Notes: generated by a model from the letters alone, not told the origin. Shown: positions 39,716 through 47,252, counted from the stretch's first letter. The stretch is 64,000 nt of DNA from a virus (IMGVR_UViG_2700988807_000001:1-64000); one strand, 5' to 3'. Made by a program: numbers and translations.

Positions 39716-39931
39716 GTGACAAACAAGTTATTCGTCCTGACCAACACGCTGGTGGCGTACACGACTTCAGACTACGCTTTCGGAATTGTGGTCGGTGTCA
39801 CGGCAACACATATTTACTTCAAGACCAAGTACAAAGCGATGCTGACCCCTCACGACATGGACCGTCTCAAGATGGGGCTCCCTGTTCAACTCGACACCAG
39901 TCAAGGTCCGCTCTACATCAAGGGTATCTGA
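39716..39931 (+). CDS. Small membrane protein
   Basis: GGAGG RBS, GTG; TM segment; C-terminus resembles 40891 and 41948. Confidence 0.6.
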   Translation: MTNKLFVLTNTLVAYTTSDYAFGIVVGVTATHIYFKTKYKAMLTPHDMDRLKMGLPVQLDTSQGPLYIKGI

Positions 39932-39975
39932 TCGCACATATTACACGCCCTATAATGAAACCCTCGACGAAAGGA
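39932..39975 (+). promoter_or_regulatory. Cassette promoter repeat copy 3 (variant)
   Basis: TCGCACATATTACACGCCCTATAATGAAACCCTCGACGAAAGGA. Confidence 0.8.
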
Positions 39976-39981
39976 TCAGTA

Positions 39982-40149
39982 ATGAACACCAAGATTGCTG
40001 CCGTCAAGAACCATGTCAAGAAGCACCGAGCGATCTACGCTGCTGCAGGAACGCTAATCGTCTGCACGGCCGCGCATATTCGCATCGTGAGCAACTTGAA
40101 CAGGTTCCTTGACGCGCACGACCTGATGGATCAGTACTACATTGAATGA
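39982..40149 (+). CDS. Small membrane-associated protein
   Basis: MNTKIAAVKNHVKKH plus hydrophobic helix. Confidence 0.7.
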   Translation: MNTKIAAVKNHVKKHRAIYAAAGTLIVCTAAHIRIVSNLNRFLDAHDLMDQYYIE

Positions 40150-40158
40150 GAGTTCAAG

Positions 40159-40192
40159 AGCTGAGATGTCCTAACACGACATTTCAGTTTTT
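40159..40192 (+). terminator. Terminator-like hairpin (ACAC-loop family)
   Basis: AGCTGAGATGTC-CTAACAC-GACATTTCAGTTTTT. Confidence 0.7.
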
Positions 40193-40204
40193 CTCGTACG
40201 GGAA

Positions 40205-40247
40205 TCGCACAAAATACACACTATATAATGAGACCCCTACGAAAGGA
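40205..40247 (+). promoter_or_regulatory. Cassette promoter repeat copy 4
   Basis: TCGCACAAAATACACACTATATAATGAGACCCCTACGAAAGGA. Confidence 0.85.
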
Positions 40248-40254
40248 AACTGTC

Positions 40255-40404
40255 ATGAAGATCGCCAACATCAAGAACCACTTCCAGGCTCATGCCATCG
40301 AGTACGGTGTCGCAGGTACGTTCGCAACGTACATTGTCGGCAACATGCTCCTCAGCAAGACCCTGGAGAAGGTGATTACCAAGGCCATCTCCTCCGAGAA
40401 CTGA
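40255..40404 (+). CDS. Small membrane-associated protein (49 aa, not in ORF track)
   Basis: MKIANIKNHFQAHAIEYGVAGTFATYIVGNMLLSKTLEKVITKAISSEN behind the repeat RBS. Confidence 0.7.
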   Translation: MKIANIKNHFQAHAIEYGVAGTFATYIVGNMLLSKTLEKVITKAISSEN

Positions 40405-40421
40405 CCAATCAACAAGGAACC

Positions 40422-40461
40422 AAAACTGACTTGCCAATTTATACACGGCATTTCAGTTTTT
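40422..40461 (+). terminator. Terminator-like hairpin (ACAC-loop family)
   Basis: AAAACTGACTTGCC-AATTTATACAC-GGCATTTCAGTTTTT. Confidence 0.7.
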
Positions 40462-40469
40462 CGTACGGA

Positions 40470-40512
40470 TCGCATATTTAACACACCTTATAATGAGACC
40501 CCTACGAAAGGA
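40470..40512 (+). promoter_or_regulatory. Cassette promoter repeat copy 5
   Basis: TCGCATATTTAACACACCTTATAATGAGACCCCTACGAAAGGA. Confidence 0.85.
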
Positions 40513-40521
40513 ACACATCTA

Positions 40522-40794
40522 ATGAATAAGATTCACCTCGCCCTCGCAGCAGGTACGTTCGTCGTCGCTGGGATCGCCGCTGTCAACTACGCCCATATTT
40601 CTCGCGAAGAGAAAGCCAAGCGTGCCGAGATCAAGAAGAACCAAGAACTCGACATTCAGGCCATCAATCTCGCTGCTGAGCGAATGAAGGAAAAGTTGAA
40701 CGACGGCGTTCACTTCGAATCGATCTACGACCTGTTCCGCGATTTGGGTGACGAGATCAACTTCCAGAAGATCGCAGTTCGAATCGAAGACTGA
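40522..40794 (+). CDS. Small protein with N-terminal TM helix
   Basis: 90 aa behind the repeat RBS. Confidence 0.72.
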   Translation: MNKIHLALAAGTFVVAGIAAVNYAHISREEKAKRAEIKKNQELDIQAINLAAERMKEKLNDGVHFESIYDLFRDLGDEINFQKIAVRIED

Positions 40795-40799
40795 CTCAG

Positions 40800-40836
40800 A
40801 AACCTAAACCCACACGCAACACGGGTTTTAGGTTTT
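40800..40836 (+). terminator. Terminator-like hairpin (ACAC-loop family)
   Basis: AAACCTAAACCC-ACACGCAACAC-GGGTTTTAGGTTTT. Confidence 0.7.
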
Positions 40837-40841
40837 GTCTT

Positions 40842-40884
40842 TCGCAGGAAAAACACACATTATAATGAGACCCCTACGAAAGGA
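40842..40884 (+). promoter_or_regulatory. Cassette promoter repeat copy 6
   Basis: TCGCAGGAAAAACACACATTATAATGAGACCCCTACGAAAGGA. Confidence 0.85.
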
Positions 40885-40890
40885 CATATC

Positions 40891-41121
40891 ATGAAGAACA
40901 AGCTTGCTTCCGTCAAGAAGTTCGTGAAAGACAACGAAATCGTTATCGCTACAACAGCAATCCTCGCAGCAACTGCTGGCGCCACCATTGCCCTGACTCA
41001 CTACGCAGTCAAGATGGAAAACGCCGCGGCTGACTCCGAAGCATTGTTCTTGAAGGAGCACGGTTCGCAGGTCTACCGCGAAACCAACCACGGAACCATC
41101 TACTTCAGCATGAACCCCTAA
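40891..41121 (+). CDS. Small membrane-associated protein
   Basis: MKNKLASVKKFVKDN plus hydrophobic helix. Confidence 0.72.
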   Translation: MKNKLASVKKFVKDNEIVIATTAILAATAGATIALTHYAVKMENAAADSEALFLKEHGSQVYRETNHGTIYFSMNP

Positions 41122-41131
41122 GTAAGAACCG

Positions 41132-41167
41132 AAACCACGAGCCCAAGCAACACGGGCTTTTGGTTTT
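41132..41167 (+). terminator. Terminator-like hairpin (ACAC-loop family)
   Basis: AAACCACGAGCCC-AAGCAACAC-GGGCTTTTGGTTTT. Confidence 0.7.
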
Positions 41168-41172
41168 ACCAA

Positions 41173-41199
41173 TCGCAGAAAAAACACGCGCTATAATGA
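41173..41199 (+). promoter_or_regulatory. Cassette promoter repeat copy 7 (no GACCCCTA module; drives tRNA-like RNA)
   Basis: TCGCAGAAAAAACACGCGCTATAATGA. Confidence 0.8.
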
Positions 41200-41201
41200 A
41201 A

Positions 41202-41280
41202 GGAAAGACTCGTAGCTCAGTTGGAATGAGCGTCGTCAGCAATGACGAAGGTCGCAGGTTCGAGTCCTGCCGAGCTTTCC
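41202..41280 (+). ncRNA. tRNA-like RNA without a canonical anticodon loop
   Basis: D-arm TAGCTCAGTTGGAATGAGC, T-arm GCAGG-TTCGAGT-CCTGC, acceptor GGAAAG(A)CTCG/CGAGCTTTCC; anticodon arm TCGTCA-GCAA-TGACGA; no encoded CCA. Confidence 0.72.
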
Positions 41281-41295
41281 TTCTTATTTTTGCCT

Positions 41296-41322
41296 TCGCA
41301 GAAAAAACACACACTATAATGA
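41296..41322 (+). promoter_or_regulatory. Cassette promoter repeat copy 8 (no RBS module)
   Basis: TCGCAGAAAAAACACACACTATAATGA. Confidence 0.8.
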
Positions 41323-41451
41323 GAAGGAAACTTCTCCAATAAGAGAAAGGTGAGACGCGAATGCGTAGGTGAAACTCCTACCCACCTGGCGCAAACAACA
41401 ATAATCACGAGTTTTCAGCGGACCGTGAGCCCATGTTCTCTTATAGTTTTT
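41321..41451 (+). ncRNA. Putative structured small RNA
   Basis: GAGAAG-GAAA-CTTCTC hairpin; ATAAGAGAA/TTCTCTTAT closing stem; internal AGGTG/CACCT, GTAGG/CCTAC and TCACG/CGTGA helices; T-run end; no ORF with an RBS. Confidence 0.55.
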
Positions 41452-41550
41452 GCTTTATTTTACCTGAATTCGTCAGAGTGACGTTTTAGCCCATACCCCA
41501 GGTAGGGTCAGAACGTGGCTCTGGCCACTTCATGTATTTTTACGTAGGAA

Positions 41551-41593
41551 TCGCATGTAAAACACACCATATAATGAGACCCCTACGAAAGGA
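41551..41593 (+). promoter_or_regulatory. Cassette promoter repeat copy 9
   Basis: TCGCATGTAAAACACACCATATAATGAGACCCCTACGAAAGGA (near-identical to copy 2). Confidence 0.85.
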
Positions 41594-41598
41594 TTACC

Positions 41599-41850
41599 AT
41601 GATCAACGAGCTCAACGCCATCAAGCAGATCGTTGTCAACAACCCTACCGTCGTCAAGGCTACCCTCGCTGCAGCCGGACTGGCTGTCGGAACCACTGTC
41701 GCATACCGGATCAAGAAGAAAGAAGCTCTTCTTGCTGGAGGCGCTCAGTGGATGTCCGTCGAACAGTACGAGCAGCACGTAGCCGACAACGAAGGTGTTG
41801 ACCGCAACGACCTCCTTGAGGACGAGTACGTCGTCATCGACCCTCAGTAA
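41599..41850 (+). CDS. Small membrane-associated protein
   Basis: 83 aa; hydrophobic helix and acidic tail. Confidence 0.72.
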   Translation: MINELNAIKQIVVNNPTVVKATLAAAGLAVGTTVAYRIKKKEALLAGGAQWMSVEQYEQHVADNEGVDRNDLLEDEYVVIDPQ

Positions 41851-41855
41851 GAACC

Positions 41856-41895
41856 AAAAACCATAAGTCCAATCTATACACGGACTTTTGGTTTT
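41856..41895 (+). terminator. Terminator-like hairpin, near-identical to 39659-39699
   Basis: AAAAACCATAAGTCC-AATCTATACAC-GGACTTTTGGTTTT. Confidence 0.75.
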
Positions 41896-41901
41896 ACCCT
41901 T

Positions 41902-41944
41902 TCGCATATTTTACACACCCTATAATGAGACCCCTATGAAAGGA
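41902..41944 (+). promoter_or_regulatory. Cassette promoter repeat copy 10
   Basis: TCGCATATTTTACACACCCTATAATGAGACCCCTATGAAAGGA. Confidence 0.85.
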
Positions 41945-41947
41945 CCT

Positions 41948-42214
41948 ATGATGGAAATCAAGAACGAGATCAACGCTAAGATCGATTCCACCAAGAAGTT
42001 CGTAAAGAAGCACAAGACCTTCCTCGCATATACTGCGGGCGTTGTTGTCGGAGCTACTGGAGTGGCTGTTGCATTGAGCAATCAGTCAGCCCTGATAGTA
42101 ACCCGAGAACAAATCCGCCACATGCAGAGCGGTGGCGTGGTTGCATACGAATCTCCTGTTGGAACGATCCTTACTTGGATCAAGCCCGACAACATCAACA
42201 TCCCCACAACGTAA
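41948..42214 (+). CDS. Small membrane-associated protein
   Basis: KIDSTKKFVKKHK plus hydrophobic helix. Confidence 0.72.
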   Translation: MMEIKNEINAKIDSTKKFVKKHKTFLAYTAGVVVGATGVAVALSNQSALIVTREQIRHMQSGGVVAYESPVGTILTWIKPDNINIPTT

Positions 42215-42220
42215 GTCAAC

Positions 42221-42253
42221 GACTGAAGTTCCCTAACAAGGAATTTCAGTTTT
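42221..42253 (+). terminator. Terminator-like hairpin
   Basis: GACTGAAGTTCC-CTAACAA-GGAATTTCAGTTTT. Confidence 0.7.
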
Positions 42254-42302
42254 CCTTTTAAGGACAAAGGTTTACAACCTCGCATATTTCAAAGGAGAAC
42301 CA

Positions 42303-42539
42303 ATGTCCAAAGTCCAACTACTCAGACTGATCGGATCTCTGTTCATCATCGAGTCCGCAATCCTCGTCAAGATAGCTTGGGATCTTCACGACCGACAGCA
42401 AGATTTCGAAACTTCGGATGCGCTTCTGAATTACTGTCTCGACAAAGTCAATGAGGAAGCCGGGTTCGACGAGTTTGACATCGTTGCTCTGAACACGATC
42501 TTGGAGACAAACGGATCCATATTTCACAAAGGTCTCTAA
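42303..42539 (+). CDS. Small protein with N-terminal TM helix
   Basis: AAGGAG RBS; 78 aa. Confidence 0.65.
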   Translation: MSKVQLLRLIGSLFIIESAILVKIAWDLHDRQQDFETSDALLNYCLDKVNEEAGFDEFDIVALNTILETNGSIFHKGL

Positions 42540-42550
42540 CGTAACTTAAA

Positions 42551-42593
42551 TCGCAGAAAAAACACACCCTATAATGAGACCCCTATGAGAGGA
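42551..42593 (+). promoter_or_regulatory. Cassette promoter repeat copy 11
   Basis: TCGCAGAAAAAACACACCCTATAATGAGACCCCTATGAGAGGA. Confidence 0.85.
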
Positions 42594-42599
42594 TACGCC

Positions 42600-42692
42600 A
42601 TGACCGCTATTGTCGCTCCCGTGCTCATCACCACCTTCCTGGTTGTGCTGTACATGATCGCGCCGAAGCTTGCTGGTTACATCACCAAGTAG
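42600..42692 (+). CDS. 30-aa hydrophobic peptide (not in ORF track)
   Basis: MTAIVAPVLITTFLVVLYMIAPKLAGYITK, alone between a promoter repeat and a terminator. Confidence 0.65.
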   Translation: MTAIVAPVLITTFLVVLYMIAPKLAGYITK

Positions 42693-42696
42693 ATCG

Positions 42697-42741
42697 AAAA
42701 GCTTGAAGCTCCCTAACACGGAGTTTCAGCTTTCTGTTTTT
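42697..42741 (+). terminator. Terminator-like hairpin (ACAC-loop family)
   Basis: AAAAGCTTGAAGCTCC-CTAACAC-GGAGTTTCAGCTTTCTGTTTTT. Confidence 0.7.
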
Positions 42742-42788
42742 CCTCTCTCCCACACACCTATATTTTGATCACCTATGAAGGGACCACC

Positions 42789-43004
42789 ATGAAGAAGCTG
42801 GGCATCGTTGCCGTCTCCACCACCGTAGGATTCGCCGCGGGAGTGTCGAGCGTGGGCTACATCATCACGAACAAGAAGATCATGAAGAAGGTCTTGATGG
42901 CATATTTCAAGACGATCGACTTCTCAATGACCGACGAACAGACTCGAGTTCTCGGAGAGCTAACTCAGCAGATGAAGTTGGCAAAGACCAAGAAGAAGCC
43001 CTAA
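42789..43004 (+). CDS. Small membrane-associated protein
   Basis: GAAGGGA RBS; MKKLGIVAVSTTVGFAAGV. Confidence 0.65.
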   Translation: MKKLGIVAVSTTVGFAAGVSSVGYIITNKKIMKKVLMAYFKTIDFSMTDEQTRVLGELTQQMKLAKTKKKP

Positions 43005-43049
43005 CCTCTCGTCTCCACGCGCCACACTCATATTTGAAAGGCTATACCT

Positions 43050-43229
43050 ATGCGCAAGGCAACGTTCGTCCTGTCCGCTCTCAGCTTCGTCACCTCCGTC
43101 GCGACCCTCGGGGTTCTCGCTTACGGAGCAAAGAAGGTCCACAACGATATTCAGGGGATTCGAGAAAAGGTCAACACCTCCATCGGCCAGTTCAAGAAGA
43201 CCCTCGTCAACTTCGACTTCTCCGTCTAA
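43050..43229 (+). CDS. Small membrane-associated protein (59 aa, not in ORF track)
   Basis: GAAAGG RBS; MRKATFVLSALSFVTSVATLGVLAYGAKKV... Confidence 0.65.
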   Translation: MRKATFVLSALSFVTSVATLGVLAYGAKKVHNDIQGIREKVNTSIGQFKKTLVNFDFSV

Positions 43230-43257
43230 CTCACCGATCCAACGAAAGGGTAAGAAC

Positions 43258-43539
43258 ATGAGCGCGTACAACTCCTTCAACGACTTCCTCGCCAACAACC
43301 CGCAGTGGATCATATTCATCAGCATCGCCCTTCCGTGGGTCGGTCTCATGATGCTGGTGATGTTCTTCGAGAAGGGACGGAAGAAGCACAAGGCGGTTCG
43401 TAAGGCTTACAAGGCCGGCGAACTCCAGAAGCGCCCGAGCCGTCGCACCAACCTCACAGTCGTCGAGCCCGTGTCGAATCGTAAGGACGTTCCGTCCGAC
43501 TACTTCGATCGTGTCAACGAATTCCGAGCAAGCCTCTAA
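43258..43539 (+). CDS. Small membrane protein
   Basis: One TM helix, basic tail. Confidence 0.65.
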   Translation: MSAYNSFNDFLANNPQWIIFISIALPWVGLMMLVMFFEKGRKKHKAVRKAYKAGELQKRPSRRTNLTVVEPVSNRKDVPSDYFDRVNEFRASL

Positions 43540-43557
43540 GAAAGGTTTTCGCCTTCA

Positions 43558-43782
43558 ATGCTTTCGTCTACCATCAGCGTTCTCTGGGATATTCTTCTCG
43601 TCTTCTTGCTGATCATCGGTATCATCATCGTGATCGGACTTGTCACTGGCTGGATGGCTGTCGTGTGGACCTACGTCACGCGATTCGTCAATGCCTATCG
43701 TCGGGCCTCGCGTGAGCTAGAAGCTGCCGAGGAGCTCGAAAGGGTCGATGACGACGATCCCTACGGCAAGCTTGTCGACTGA
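43558..43782 (+). CDS. Small membrane protein
   Basis: Long hydrophobic N-terminus. Confidence 0.65.
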   Translation: MLSSTISVLWDILLVFLLIIGIIIVIGLVTGWMAVVWTYVTRFVNAYRRASRELEAAEELERVDDDDPYGKLVD

Positions 43783-43822
43783 CCAAATCTATCAACCATA
43801 TCTGAAACAACTCTGGAGAATC

Positions 43823-44617
43823 ATGAACCTCTCTGTCCTGGCGAAGAACCTCGAAAAGTTCGCGGTCGCCAATTCCCCCGCAATCCTGACTGGCATCGCT
43901 GTCACCGGCACGGTCGCAACGGCAATCCTGGCCGGCAAGGCATCGTTCAAGGCCGCGAAGATCATCGCCGGCGAAGAGGAGAAGATCAAGGACCGTATGG
44001 TCGAGGTCTCCGACGACGAGGAGACTGACCAAGAGCTCGATGTGAAGGCAAAGACCCTTCTCGTCTGGAAGCTCTATATTCCAGCAGCAAGCACCTGCGT
44101 CACGACCGTCATGGCCATGATCGCTGCCAACCAGATCGGCACCCGACGCACCGCGGCAATGGCAGCGGCATATTCTCTCTCGGAGAAGGCGTTCGGTGAG
44201 TACCGTGAGAAGATCGTCGAGAAGATGGGTCCTGCGAAGGAAGCCAAGGCTCGCGACGAACTTGCTCAGGAGCGCGTCTCTCGCACTCCGATGCCCTCCA
44301 GCCAGCTCATCATCACGGGTAACGAGGTTTGCTGCTTCGATCAGCACAGCGGTCGTTATTTCCTGAGCACGGTGGAAGATCTGAAGCAGGCTCAGAACAA
44401 CACGAACTACCGGATCATCAACGACGGTTACCAGAGCCTGAACGATTTCTACGATCGCATCGGCCTCGATATCGTCCCGACCGGCGAAGAGCTCGGATGG
44501 AACACCGACACGAAGCTGGAGCTGTACTTCTCGACCGTCATGTCTCCTGATCAGCGCCCCTGCGTCGCCATCGAGTTCGCCAAGGGTCCCATCGCAAACT
44601 ACTACAAGGGTCACTGA
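43823..44617 (+). CDS. Conserved phage protein (DUF6353-like), paralog of 50002
   Basis: NSPAILTG..V.G.V.T..LA.KA, KLYIPA, RR.AA.AAAY...EKAF.EYR.K, SLNDFYD..G...G..LGW. Confidence 0.7.
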   Translation: MNLSVLAKNLEKFAVANSPAILTGIAVTGTVATAILAGKASFKAAKIIAGEEEKIKDRMVEVSDDEETDQELDVKAKTLLVWKLYIPAASTCVTTVMAMIAANQIGTRRTAAMAAAYSLSEKAFGEYREKIVEKMGPAKEAKARDELAQERVSRTPMPSSQLIITGNEVCCFDQHSGRYFLSTVEDLKQAQNNTNYRIINDGYQSLNDFYDRIGLDIVPTGEELGWNTDTKLELYFSTVMSPDQRPCVAIEFAKGPIANYYKGH

Positions 44618-44649
44618 CCACCAACTACCATATTTGGGGAGGAACCACC

Positions 44650-44892
44650 ATGCACCACAAACAAGATCGTGAATTCACCTATGAGACGGGCACGGACGAG
44701 CCCCTCAATCCGGACCCGGCCATCGCCGCAAGTATGACGGAGCAGGGCGTCAGCAAGTGCGAGAACAGTTGCAAGCTCTACAAGCATCCGCGAGCAGACA
44801 TCATCGTCCTCGCACACAACTCGTCGTACGGATGCAAGCGCACCAAGTCCCATATCGTGAGTGAGTTCACGGAGGCGAACATCAATGCCTGA
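44650..44892 (+). CDS. Hypothetical protein
   Basis: GGAGG RBS; 80 aa; CxxxC. Confidence 0.6.
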   Translation: MHHKQDREFTYETGTDEPLNPDPAIAASMTEQGVSKCENSCKLYKHPRADIIVLAHNSSYGCKRTKSHIVSEFTEANINA

Positions 44893-45085
44893 GCGTGAGT
44901 ACTGGATGGTTCCTCTCCACGAGAGTCAGCCTGAGGACACCTACAGTCGCCTGCTTCTCAAGGTGTCGGGGCAATTCGCTGATATTCTGACGGTCGACGG
45001 CGGATACGAAAAGATCTACCTCGTCACCGAAGAGACCGCGCCGGCTCAGGACGATATTCTGAAGAGGGTGTTGGCTGATGCCTGA
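44885..45085 (+). CDS. Hypothetical protein
   Basis: ATG overlaps the previous gene; tight packing. Confidence 0.55.
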   Translation: MPEREYWMVPLHESQPEDTYSRLLLKVSGQFADILTVDGGYEKIYLVTEETAPAQDDILKRVLADA

Positions 45086-45311
45086 GCACATGACTGTCGC
45101 CCTCAAGGAGCTCTTTCCCGAGTCGTTGTGGAACGAGCTCTACCTGCGGACCGTACGACGTGAAGACGTCTACAGTTCGCACATGCTCATCACCTCGACC
45201 GGGGAAGTCAAGGAGTTGATCTCCACTCCGGGGTTCGAGGGTGTCTTCTCGCCGTTGTTGGTCAACCATAACGCAAACAATCTTCTAATGGGTATCGAAA
45301 GGGGTCTCTGA
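45078..45311 (+). CDS. Hypothetical protein
   Basis: 77 aa; overlapping start and stop. Confidence 0.55.
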   Translation: MPEHMTVALKELFPESLWNELYLRTVRREDVYSSHMLITSTGEVKELISTPGFEGVFSPLLVNHNANNLLMGIERGL

Positions 45312-45661
45312 TGTGCAATTATCCCGGTCCGATGATGGTTTCCATCGGAGACAGCGTCCCGGAAGAGACGTGGAATCGTATCAAGTTGCAGTGTGCGCTC
45401 AACTTGTACGGACGAATTGCTCCCGTCGTGACCGATGGCATTCGGAACGTCGGCGAGGTGTTTGTCAAAATGGGTGAGTCCATGAAGAACATCGACTTCA
45501 GTCACGCACAAGAGCAGATCGAGAAGGTCACACAAACACCTATTGCCGGCTTCCACTCCGTGGCCAATCCGATGCAGAAGGTCGAGTACGGCATCAAGGC
45601 GGCGTCGACGTCTCATATTCTCGAGTCCCTCGGGGTGACAAGCGACGGGCGTCATGTGTGA
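45311..45661 (+). CDS. Hypothetical protein
   Basis: 116 aa; TGATG coupling. Confidence 0.55.
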   Translation: MCNYPGPMMVSIGDSVPEETWNRIKLQCALNLYGRIAPVVTDGIRNVGEVFVKMGESMKNIDFSHAQEQIEKVTQTPIAGFHSVANPMQKVEYGIKAASTSHILESLGVTSDGRHV

Positions 45662-46070
45662 GGCGGGGACGTGCCGGCCGTGTCGGCTAGAGGATCGTTT
45701 GACCGATCGAGTCATGGGGACGACGCGAGACTACATCGAGTTCGTAAAGCTCCCGACCGTCGAACAGAACATGGCGAATCGTAAGATCCATGGACTGTCT
45801 CTTATTTCCTCGACCAACTCCAAGGTCCAGAGACAGACTCCGCCTCCCGGAAACCTCTCGTCCAAAGAGAGCATTGCGGCTCGAAAGAAGCGAGAGAACG
45901 CAAAGCGGAAGGCAAACCGAGAGCTTCGCAACGGCCGGCTATATTCTCTCGGATGCCCTGAGCATGGTACACCTTCCGGATACAAGCATTGGCACTGTCG
46001 ATGCGCACCTTGTACGGACGCGCACACCAAAGAGCGAAACGGTTCGTACCAAGGAAAGCAGGTAGGATGA
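45654..46070 (+). CDS. Zn-binding protein (HGT..GY...CRC..C motif)
   Basis: EHGTPSGYKHWHCRCAPCTDA. Confidence 0.65.
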   Translation: MCEAGTCRPCRLEDRLTDRVMGTTRDYIEFVKLPTVEQNMANRKIHGLSLISSTNSKVQRQTPPPGNLSSKESIAARKKRENAKRKANRELRNGRLYSLGCPEHGTPSGYKHWHCRCAPCTDAHTKERNGSYQGKQVG

Positions 46071-46297
46071 CCGCCCCAATCACACTCGAAGATCGAGAGC
46101 GTTGGCGAAAGAACCACACGAACAAGCTTGCCATCCGCAAGATGAATCGGAAGATGGTCAACGGACGACTCACGTCCACCATGCTCCAAGAGCATGGTAC
46201 GCCTTCCGGATACAACAATTGGTTCTGCCGATGCATCCCCTGCACCCAGGCATACAACGGTCGCAAGAAAGACAACCGCAAAAAGCGCCGTCGGTAG
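46067..46297 (+). CDS. Zn-binding protein, paralog of 45654
   Basis: EHGTPSGYNNWFCRCIPCTQA; ATGA overlap. Confidence 0.65.
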   Translation: MTAPITLEDRERWRKNHTNKLAIRKMNRKMVNGRLTSTMLQEHGTPSGYNNWFCRCIPCTQAYNGRKKDNRKKRRR

Positions 46298-46332
46298 CCC
46301 ACAAAGACTTATCTTCCCCAGAGACGTCTGCG

Positions 46333-46375
46333 TCGCAGAAAAAACACGCGCTATAATGAGACCCCTATGAAAGGA
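46333..46375 (+). promoter_or_regulatory. Cassette promoter repeat copy 12
   Basis: TCGCAGAAAAAACACGCGCTATAATGAGACCCCTATGAAAGGA. Confidence 0.85.
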
Positions 46376-46381
46376 ACAAAC

Positions 46382-46618
46382 ATGTCTGATCAGAACGAGA
46401 ACGTCGTCATCGAAGAAGATGCAATCGTCGTTCGTTTCCCCCGCTTCAAGAAGATCTTGAGGAAGATCGAAGACAACTCGGCACTCATCGCAGCTGTTAC
46501 CGCGACTGTAGTGACCTCGGTTGGAATCATCGCCCTCAAGCGACTCGACGAGAAGACGGTGGAGACGACGGAGGTTGTGGAAACAACGGTGATCGACGTC
46601 ACTCCCACTGAAGACTGA
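46382..46618 (+). CDS. Small membrane-associated protein
   Basis: Amphipathic basic helix plus TM; behind the repeat RBS. Confidence 0.7.
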   Translation: MSDQNENVVIEEDAIVVRFPRFKKILRKIEDNSALIAAVTATVVTSVGIIALKRLDEKTVETTEVVETTVIDVTPTED

Positions 46619-46637
46619 TATTCCCACACAGAGATCG

Positions 46638-46689
46638 AAAAGCGAAAGGCTTAGTAAAGAAATTTACTAGGTCTTTCTCTTTTGCTTTC
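46638..46689 (+). terminator. Terminator-like hairpin
   Basis: GAAAGGCTTAGTAAA-GAAA-TTTACTAGGTCTTTC plus T-rich tail. Confidence 0.6.
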
Positions 46690-46715
46690 ACGGACAAAGA
46701 GGATTGATTCCGCAA

Positions 46716-47210
46716 ATGGACCACAAGACGTTCAACGCATATTTGGAAGAGAAGTTCGACACAATTCGATCGACTCTCGGTCTCAAGGGTATGGAGTACG
46801 TCCCCGACGAGGGTGGCTCTCGCTTCCACAACTTCGATATTGCGGCAGCCTTCAACGACGAGTCCCCCGAGAAGGCGCTCTGGGGAATGCTCACCAAGCA
46901 TCTCGTGAGTATCGCGGACATGGTGAAGGTAGATCCGACCAAGCACGCCATGGAGGTGTGGGACGAGAAGATCGGTGACGCTCTCAACTACCTCCTCCTG
47001 CTCAACGGCATGGTGAAGGATCATCACGCCACGGCAGAGCTGGTTCGATTCCACACCGGCCTCATCAATGCCATGACTCCTCCGGACACCAACGTGACGA
47101 GCGCAGTCATTCAGAGTAACGACCACCTGTCGGGTCTGGCGAGTGGCGGAATCGAGTCAGTTCGTAAGGACGACACACATGACAGTGCTTGCTGTTCCCA
47201 GCAGCCCTGA
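46716..47210 (+). CDS. All-alpha nucleotide pyrophosphatase-like protein (MazG-like/nucleotide-modification-associated)
   Basis: K..EY......RFHNF..AA...KH...D...EKIGDALNYLLLL pattern. Confidence 0.55.
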   Translation: MDHKTFNAYLEEKFDTIRSTLGLKGMEYVPDEGGSRFHNFDIAAAFNDESPEKALWGMLTKHLVSIADMVKVDPTKHAMEVWDEKIGDALNYLLLLNGMVKDHHATAELVRFHTGLINAMTPPDTNVTSAVIQSNDHLSGLASGGIESVRKDDTHDSACCSQQP

Positions 47211-47252
47211 CCATATTCTCACCCAGCAAGAACACACAAGGAGCACAAAGTA

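Noticed and set aside
41202-41280. Ordinary tRNA gene (e.g. reading GCA or AGC as the anticodon)
   Set aside because: Only 6 nt lie between the 5-bp anticodon stem strands and they pair further into a tetraloop; there is no U33; the acceptor stem is irregular
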